Source: Paracoccaceae bacterium
Lineage (GTDB): Bacteria > Pseudomonadota > Alphaproteobacteria > Rhodobacterales > Rhodobacteraceae
NCBI GenBank assembly: GCA_026709265.1
Contig: JAPOTI010000091.1
Location: 17,451-81,450 of the forward strand
Length of the DNA stretch: 64,000 nt
Reading direction: 5' to 3'
Every line of letters begins with the position of its first letter. The stretch's first letter is position 1. The notes under the pieces are model-generated. The model saw nothing but the letters and a program-made list of their open reading frames with translations, did no database searches and was not told where the DNA came from. This document shows positions 58,625-64,000 of the stretch, one piece after another. The position numbers were made by a program, and so were the translations under genes.

Positions 58625-59195
58625 ACTCCCGGTCGAATTGATAACCGGCGTTTTTCAGGAGTTGAAATGTCTCTGTCAACGGGAGTCCGACGACTGACGT
58701 GAATGAACCGCGTAGCCATGGAATGAAGCGCCCCGCCTTTCCCTGAATGCCATATGCACCGGCTCGACCTTGCCATTCCCCTGACCGGATATAGGCATTG
58801 ATGTCTTGATCCGACAAATGGCAAAACTTCACCACGGTCAGCACGTCGCGTTGCCACATATATGCGACTGTTTTGACGGCCACAGCGGTGATGACGCGGT
58901 GGCGTCGCCCCGACAGTCTGCGCAAAAATGTTTGTGCCATCGCTGCGCTCTCTGGCTTGCCAAGAATGAGTCGACCAACGGCAACAGTTGTGTCGGCTGC
59001 AAGGATGATGTCACCAGATGTGATATCGATCGCATTCGCCTTTTCTGTGGCCAGACGGCGGCAATAGTGCCGTGGCTTTTCGCCGACAAGCGGCGTTTCA
59101 TCAATATCGGGGCAGAGGATCCTGTCGGGTCGGGCACCGATCTGCAGAAGAAGATCCTTTCTCTGCGGACTGGCAGAGGCCAAAACAAGGCGCAT
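58608..59195 (-). CDS. maf: Maf-like nucleoside-triphosphate pyrophosphatase
   Basis: MRLVLASASPQRKDLLLQIG..., GAYGIQG motif. Confidence 0.85.
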   Translation of the reverse strand: MRLVLASASPQRKDLLLQIGARPDRILCPDIDETPLVGEKPRHYCRRLATEKANAIDITSGDIILAADTTVAVGRLILGKPESAAMAQTFLRRLSGRRHRVITAVAVKTVAYMWQRDVLTVVKFCHLSDQDINAYIRSGEWQGRAGAYGIQGKAGRFIPWLRGSFTSVVGLPLTETFQLLKNAGYQFDREYGADS

Positions 59196-59200
59196 TCCCG

Positions 59201-59419
59201 CTATTTGTACCTGAAGTTGATACGCCCCTTGGACAGGTCATACGGTGTCATTTCGACGCGGACGCGATCTCCAGCCAGAACCCGAATTCTATTCTTGCGC
59301 ATTTTTCCTGCCGTATGCGCGATGATCTGATGGCCGGTTTCCAACTCGACCCTGAACGTCGCATTCGGCAGGAGTTCTTTCACGACGCCGGGAAATTCGA
59401 GCAGTTCTTCCTTTGCCAT
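59201..59419 (-). CDS. infA: Translation initiation factor IF-1
   Basis: [72 protein letters not shown] (72 aa). Confidence 0.95.
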   Translation of the reverse strand: MAKEELLEFPGVVKELLPNATFRVELETGHQIIAHTAGKMRKNRIRVLAGDRVRVEMTPYDLSKGRINFRYK

Positions 59420-59608
59420 CTTGACTCCTGATTTCACAATGATGATCGCCAGTCTTGGCGAACAGGCCATATTTATATAGGCCTGTGCGAGTTTTCAACC
59501 GGCTTGCATCTGTTCACGACACTTCCGACCGGGTGCCGGTGTTGACGTACTGCGATGTGTCTTCCTGCCGGATTGAACGGGTAAAATTGTCGCAGATATG
59601 TTGTGGAA

Positions 59609-60898
59609 TCAGAGTTGCGGGTAGAGTGGAAACCGGGCGCACAGTTCTTTGACCTGTGACCGAACCGATTCTTCAATCTTGGCATTGCCGGCAGAGCCGT
59701 TGTTCTGAAGACCATCGAGCGTGGTCGTGATCAGGTCGGCGGTCAAGGCGAATTCATCTGCCCCGAAACCGCGCGTGGTGCCAGCGGGTGAGCCCAAGCG
59801 CAGACCGGATGTGATGGTCGGTTTTTCTTCGTCGAAGGGAATCGCATTCTTGTTGCAGGTGATGCCGGCGCGCCCCAGGGCTTCTTCACTGGCGTTTCCC
59901 TTCAGATTTTTCGGGCGCAGGTCAACCAGCACAATATGTGTGTCAGTGCCACCCGTGACGATGTCAAATCCTGACTCTGACAAGCGTTCGGCCAGAATCT
60001 GGGCATTGGTGACAACATTCCTGGCATAGTGCTGAAATTCCGGTTGCAAGGCTTCACCAAATGCCACTGCCTTGGCGGCAATCACATGCATCAAGGGGCC
60101 ACCCTGAATGCCTGGAAAGATCGCGGAATTGACTGTCTTGGCAATGTCCGCGTTGTTGGTCATGATGGCACCGCCGCGTGGCCCGCGCAGGGTCTTGTGT
60201 GTGGTCGTCGTCACAATATGGGCATGGGCGAAGGGAGATGAACAGACTTTGCCGGCAACAAGCCCGGCAAAATGCGCCATATCGACAAGCAGGTAAGCAC
60301 CAACTTCGTCAGCAATACGTCGAAATCTTGCAAAATCGATTTGCCGCGGAATCGCCGAACCACCCGCAATAATGATTTTCGGTCGATGGGCTCTTGCTGT
60401 TGTTTCGACCTGGTCATAGTCGATCATGTGGTCTTGCCTGCGCACACCATAATGCACAGCATGAAACCATTTGCCAGACTGATTTGGGCGGGCACCATGA
60501 GTGAGATGACCGCCTGCCGCGAGTTCCATCCCGAGAATGGTGTCGCCGGGACGCAGCAGCGCGGTAAACACCGCCTGATTGGCCTGGCTGCCTGAATGCG
60601 CTTGGACATTGGCATATTGACACCCGAACAACTGGCAGAGTCGTTCAATGGCCAGTTTCTCTGCAATGTCGACGAATTCGCAGCCACCATAATAGCGTCG
60701 CCCTGGATAGCCTTCGGCATATTTGTTGGTCATGACCGAGCCTTGCGCTTCAAGCACTGCACGCGAGACGATATTCTCCGAGGCGATCAACTCGATTTCA
60801 TCACGTTGTCGACCGAGTTCTTCACCAATGGATGCGAAGATCTCGGGGTCGGTATCCGCCAGCTCGGCGTGAAAACCTTTGGGCATCTGTTTGTTCAT
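59609..60898 (-). CDS. glyA: Serine hydroxymethyltransferase
   Basis: 429 aa. The PLP site [14 protein letters not shown] and overall SHMT blocks. Confidence 0.95.
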   Translation of the reverse strand: MNKQMPKGFHAELADTDPEIFASIGEELGRQRDEIELIASENIVSRAVLEAQGSVMTNKYAEGYPGRRYYGGCEFVDIAEKLAIERLCQLFGCQYANVQAHSGSQANQAVFTALLRPGDTILGMELAAGGHLTHGARPNQSGKWFHAVHYGVRRQDHMIDYDQVETTARAHRPKIIIAGGSAIPRQIDFARFRRIADEVGAYLLVDMAHFAGLVAGKVCSSPFAHAHIVTTTTHKTLRGPRGGAIMTNNADIAKTVNSAIFPGIQGGPLMHVIAAKAVAFGEALQPEFQHYARNVVTNAQILAERLSESGFDIVTGGTDTHIVLVDLRPKNLKGNASEEALGRAGITCNKNAIPFDEEKPTITSGLRLGSPAGTTRGFGADEFALTADLITTTLDGLQNNGSAGNAKIEESVRSQVKELCARFPLYPQL

Positions 60899-61127
60899 GG
60901 ATCATTCAGTTGAGGCAGGTCGATGAGAGGATTGTGCGGCAATCTGACGTGAAATTCAACTGAAAGATGAAAGGCGACGGGATTCCTGGCCGATTTCATG
61001 GTATATTCGATAGCCGGAGGGGTCATGCCGGTGCGACCATCTGCATATGCTGCGCCGCGGACGGCTGACATGCTGTTATGTCGCAGATGGTTTTGTGATA
61101 TGACGAACATGGAGTGAGTGAGGAAAT

Positions 61128-61895
61128 ATGGTTGATCTGCGGCAAATCCGGTTTCTATCCAGTGAAACCCCGCACGCAATCGCGTCAAGACGGCGGTTGG
61201 TTGAGATCTATGGTAATGCCGCAGAAGACGATGCTGACGTGATTGTCGCCCTGGGGGGCGATGGATTCATGCTCCAGACATTGCACGGGGCACAGAAATT
61301 GGGCCGTCCCGTTTACGGAATGAATCGTGGCACTGTCGGTTTTCTCATGAATGGGTATCAGGAAGAGGATTTGCATGACCGCCTGGCGGCAGCCGGGGAA
61401 GAAGTGATCAACCCGCTGCGTATGCGTGCAGTTGACCTCGATGATCATGAGCATACGGCTTTGGCGATCAATGAAGTGTCATTGATCCGCGCTGGACCAC
61501 AGGCATTGCGGTTACGGATTTTTGTGGATGGGAAGTTGCGCCTCGAGGAATTGGTCTGCGACGGAGCCATTGTCTGCACGCCAGCCGGTTCCACGGCCTA
61601 CAACTATTCGGCGCATGGGCCCATTCTGCCGATTGGTTGCAATGTGCTGGCCTTGACTCCAACTGCACCGTTTCGCCCCCGCCGCTGGCGGGGGGCCCTC
61701 TTGCCGATGTCAGCACATGTTCGTTTCGATGTGCTGGATACAGAAACACGACCGGCGATGGCAGATGCGGATGCCCGTTCGGTGGACCGGATCCGTTTGG
61801 TCGAGGTTACCAGTGAGCCGGCAATTTGTCACCGTCTGCTGTTTGACCCTGGGCATGGTCTTGAAGAACGATTGCTCAGCGAACAGTTCCGCTAA
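61128..61895 (+). CDS. nadK: NAD kinase
   Basis: DVIVALGGDGFML motif and TPAGSTAYNYSAHGPI. Confidence 0.9.
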   Translation: MVDLRQIRFLSSETPHAIASRRRLVEIYGNAAEDDADVIVALGGDGFMLQTLHGAQKLGRPVYGMNRGTVGFLMNGYQEEDLHDRLAAAGEEVINPLRMRAVDLDDHEHTALAINEVSLIRAGPQALRLRIFVDGKLRLEELVCDGAIVCTPAGSTAYNYSAHGPILPIGCNVLALTPTAPFRPRRWRGALLPMSAHVRFDVLDTETRPAMADADARSVDRIRLVEVTSEPAICHRLLFDPGHGLEERLLSEQFR

Positions 61896-62591
61896 TGAAC
61901 AGCCTGCAGAAACAGGGACTGCGATGTATCGTGTCCGGAAGGCAATCTCCGGGCTTCGTCCACCGCCACGATCACCGGCATCTGCCACATGTCCGCTGGA
62001 GCCTGTTTCTGCGGGGACAAAATGTCTTGGGCCTGCGGAGTTTCAGGCATATCTTTCAAGCCGACTCCAGAACCGAACGTGCTGACCTGATCAATTCTTT
62101 GAATCCAACTGGCCCCGTACTGGGAAACAGTGTGCAACCAGTTCTCCTTGGATGTGGATCCGGCAAAGGCCGGAGCCGGCACGACACGCGGCAAAGCCTG
62201 CTGCAAATGGACTTTCGATATGGGGCTTATAAAGATGAATTGACATACCGCATTATGTTGCGCCAATCTTTCAATAAAAACGCATCATGTTGTATTCTGT
62301 CAACTGGTTTTTATAAGCCCCTTCGATATCAGGACCGTACGCGAAGTGCCCCTTGGTCCGAACGAGAGAACGGTTCATTCAAGATCGAGGATTTGCCCGC
62401 GCCGGGCGCACCGTGGATAATGGCAGTGTGACCAGGGGACATCTGTTTTCCCGCTTGAACCCGTTCCATGATGCGCCGTGACTTGGTCAGAATTCCCCCG
62501 AGTAGATCCTCACGTCCAATAAAACCCGGGGATGATCCCTGGCAACGTCGTCGACAAAGTCCGGTAGCGGGGCGCGCTGAAGCGCAGTCAT
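61892..62591 (-). pseudogene. Decayed P-loop ATPase (AAA_16/AAA_22-like), broken by frameshifts and a MITE insertion
   Basis: GGAGGTG RBS and an ATG at 62591. After a frameshift the reading is FIGREDLLGGILTKSRRIMERVQAGKQMSPGHTAIIHGAPGAGKSSILNE (Walker A). After the MITE and in a third frame, ...MPVIVAVDEARRL (Walker B). No single frame is open. Confidence 0.6.
62222..62321 (+). mobile_element. 100 bp MITE, copy 3 (best preserved)
   Basis: Termini GGGGCTTATAAAG... and ...TTTATAAGCCCC, flanked by a perfect 8 bp direct repeat TTCGATAT (62214-62221 and 62322-62329). Confidence 0.9.
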
Positions 62592-62876
62592 GATGTCACC
62601 TCCGGGGAAGAATTGTGCTTGACTTTTGTGCGCGTGGCATTAGGTCTTTTGTGAGCGGTCAGATGCTTTTGTCAGCTGGCTGCGCGCTAAATCTACGCTA
62701 AACGTAACTATTCAGCACCTCAACAGTTAATTTTTTAGCGGAGTATCATCATCCGTGCCACAGACTGTGGTGCTGAATGATGACGGGTCGTACAGTGACT
62801 CTCGGTGACTGCGATGCTGTGACCGGTGCCTGTGATTGGACGCTACGGGCGGAAGGGTCGAGGCGGATATGTCGAA

Positions 62877-63655
62877 TTATCTCTGGGCGTCCGTGACCAG
62901 CGCGGTGGACAGTTCATGTGGGGAACGATGGAGCGTGTCTAACATGTTCCACCCTGTTTGTCGCGCACCTCTCACCCAGATTGACGCGCTATAGGTCCCC
63001 TGAGACATCGTGACTCCAAAGAGATCCCGGAAGGTCTCGACCAGCCGTTGCGTCGGAATCAACTGATAGGTATTCAGATACACCATCAGGCTACTCAGAG
63101 TGGGACCGTACTGGACGGTCGCCTTGATCCCGTCTGGAAAGGACGCCTGCGTTGTCTTCTGACAGCCCGGACAGACACAGCGATGCGCAATGTGATCGGT
63201 GACGATCAGAGAGGCCGGCTCTGGAAGATCGTGCACCTGCCGGATGGCCTGGGCAATCGACGTATGTTCGGTGAACACGGTGCCGCAATGAGAACACACC
63301 TCTGGAAAATAGTGCGCGATCCGGTCCGGCGTCTCCGTCCGGCGCAACGTGGTCCCGTCATGACCTTTCTGACCGCCGGGCCTTCTCTTGGGATCGTCGC
63401 CACGCTTCGGGGCGGTCGGCGGCTTGCGCAACCCATCGCTTGACGGCGGCTTGCTGCTGTTGGAACTGGTCAATCCAAGACGCCGCTCCAGCTCCGGCAG
63501 ACGTTCGCCCTGCCGTTGCAACTGCGCCTCCAACTCCTGGATTTTCGCATTCTTGATCCGAAGCTGGTCCTCTTTCTGATGGAGTTGCTCATTCCTTTGA
63601 CGCAACGCCTCCTCCAAGTCCCGGATCGACGCATTGGCAACAACCGGACGATCCA
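62877..63655 (-). pseudogene. IS66-family transposase (TnpC), N-terminal half only
   Basis: Leucine-zipper region (LEEALRQRNEQLHQKEDQLRIKNAKIQELEAQLQ), SSKPPSSDGLRKP, GGQKGHDG, and zinc-finger cysteines CSHCG...CPGC. Homology stops before the DDE domain, leaving roughly 250 of an expected ~500 aa or more. Confidence 0.75.
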
Positions 63656-63801
63656 CACCGTCACTGCGAGACGCCAAACGGCCCGCACCTGTTCCACTGA
63701 GGCCTGTTGACAATTGCCGTGCGTTTTGAGCGCTGGGCGTGTCTTTGTGTCGGCATTGCACGCCGAAGGTGGCGGCACGAGCCGACGCGGTGGGTGACAG
63801 G

Positions 63802-64000
63802 ATGAATGCAGATCGCACAGTTTTGACGGATGAGATGGGGGCGCGGGTGGTGCCGCTGTGTCCGGGCCAGGTGACGGATCCGGGGTGCACGGCGGTGGAC
63901 AATCGTCTGTGTCTGGAAGGGGTTCTCTGGCGGTTCCGGACAGGCACACCCTGGCGTGATCTCCCGCCGCATTTCGGGCGGTGGACCCGTGCCGTCACGC
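63802..64000 (+). mobile_element. IS5-family (IS427/IS1031-like, DUF4096 N-terminus) transposase gene, 5' part, running off the window
   Basis: Manual translation from the ATG at 63802 gives MNADRTVLTDEMGARVVPLCPGQVTDPGCTAVDNRLCLEGVLWRFRTGTPWRDLPPHFGRWTRAV, the hallmark N-terminus of this transposase group. Confidence 0.8.

Noticed and set aside
60899-61127. A ZTP or other folate/one-carbon riboswitch in the glyA leader
   Set aside because: The conserved ZTP strings (GGGTCGTGACTGGCG, CCGCCTGGGCA) are absent, and no other riboswitch core was recognisable by eye.
62877-63998. The 373 aa minus-strand ORF as one intact gene
   Set aside because: Only the C-terminal ~250 codons are IS66 TnpC-like. 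The N-terminal ~115 codons are read-through of low-complexity sequence, part of it antisense to the IS5-family transposase gene that starts at 63802.
1-64000. CRISPR arrays, rRNA operons and prophage structural gene blocks
   Set aside because: No regularly spaced direct repeats, no rRNA signature sequences, and no capsid, tail or terminase-like ORFs were seen anywhere in the window.

Overview
This 64 kb window looks like a chromosomal segment of a moderately GC-rich alphaproteobacterium. Gene content and order look Rhodobacterales-like (rluD-rpoH, yacG-rng-maf-infA, gatC-gatA, cobT/cobS, phaZ/phaC, CarD, FdxA, a Suv3-like helicase); that taxonomic call is inference only. Most of the window is housekeeping genes. 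I also hand-folded three tRNAs (Thr-GGT, Gly-TCC, Phe-GAA), RNase P RNA (rnpB) and rpmG, none of which appear in the ORF track. I saw no rRNA and no CRISPR array.

Accessory or unusual content:
1. A low-GC two-gene island at 26119-27782. It encodes an ABC-type ATPase translationally coupled to a Toprim-like (DUF4276/RloB-like) protein. This is my best candidate for an uncharacterised anti-phage module.
2. Two inverted porin paralogs (5312-6829 and 9911-11608). Their 5' ends are identical over 219 bp, their barrel cores are conserved, and their large middle loops are unrelated. They bracket a high-GC ~2.6 kb cargo that carries an AAA-ATPase-like/PD-(D/E)XK fusion gene.
3. A previously unnoticed family of ~100 bp MITEs with 8 bp target-site duplications. 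There are four copies, and one lies inside an ATPase pseudogene.
4. An IS66 remnant abutted by an IS5-family element at the right edge of the window.
5. A 12 kb LacI-controlled ABC-transporter/catabolic locus with an unusual enzyme set.
6. A diverged ~290 bp intergenic segment present twice in inverted orientation.

Many ORFs in the supplied track are antisense shadow ORFs typical of GC-rich DNA, and I did not call them.
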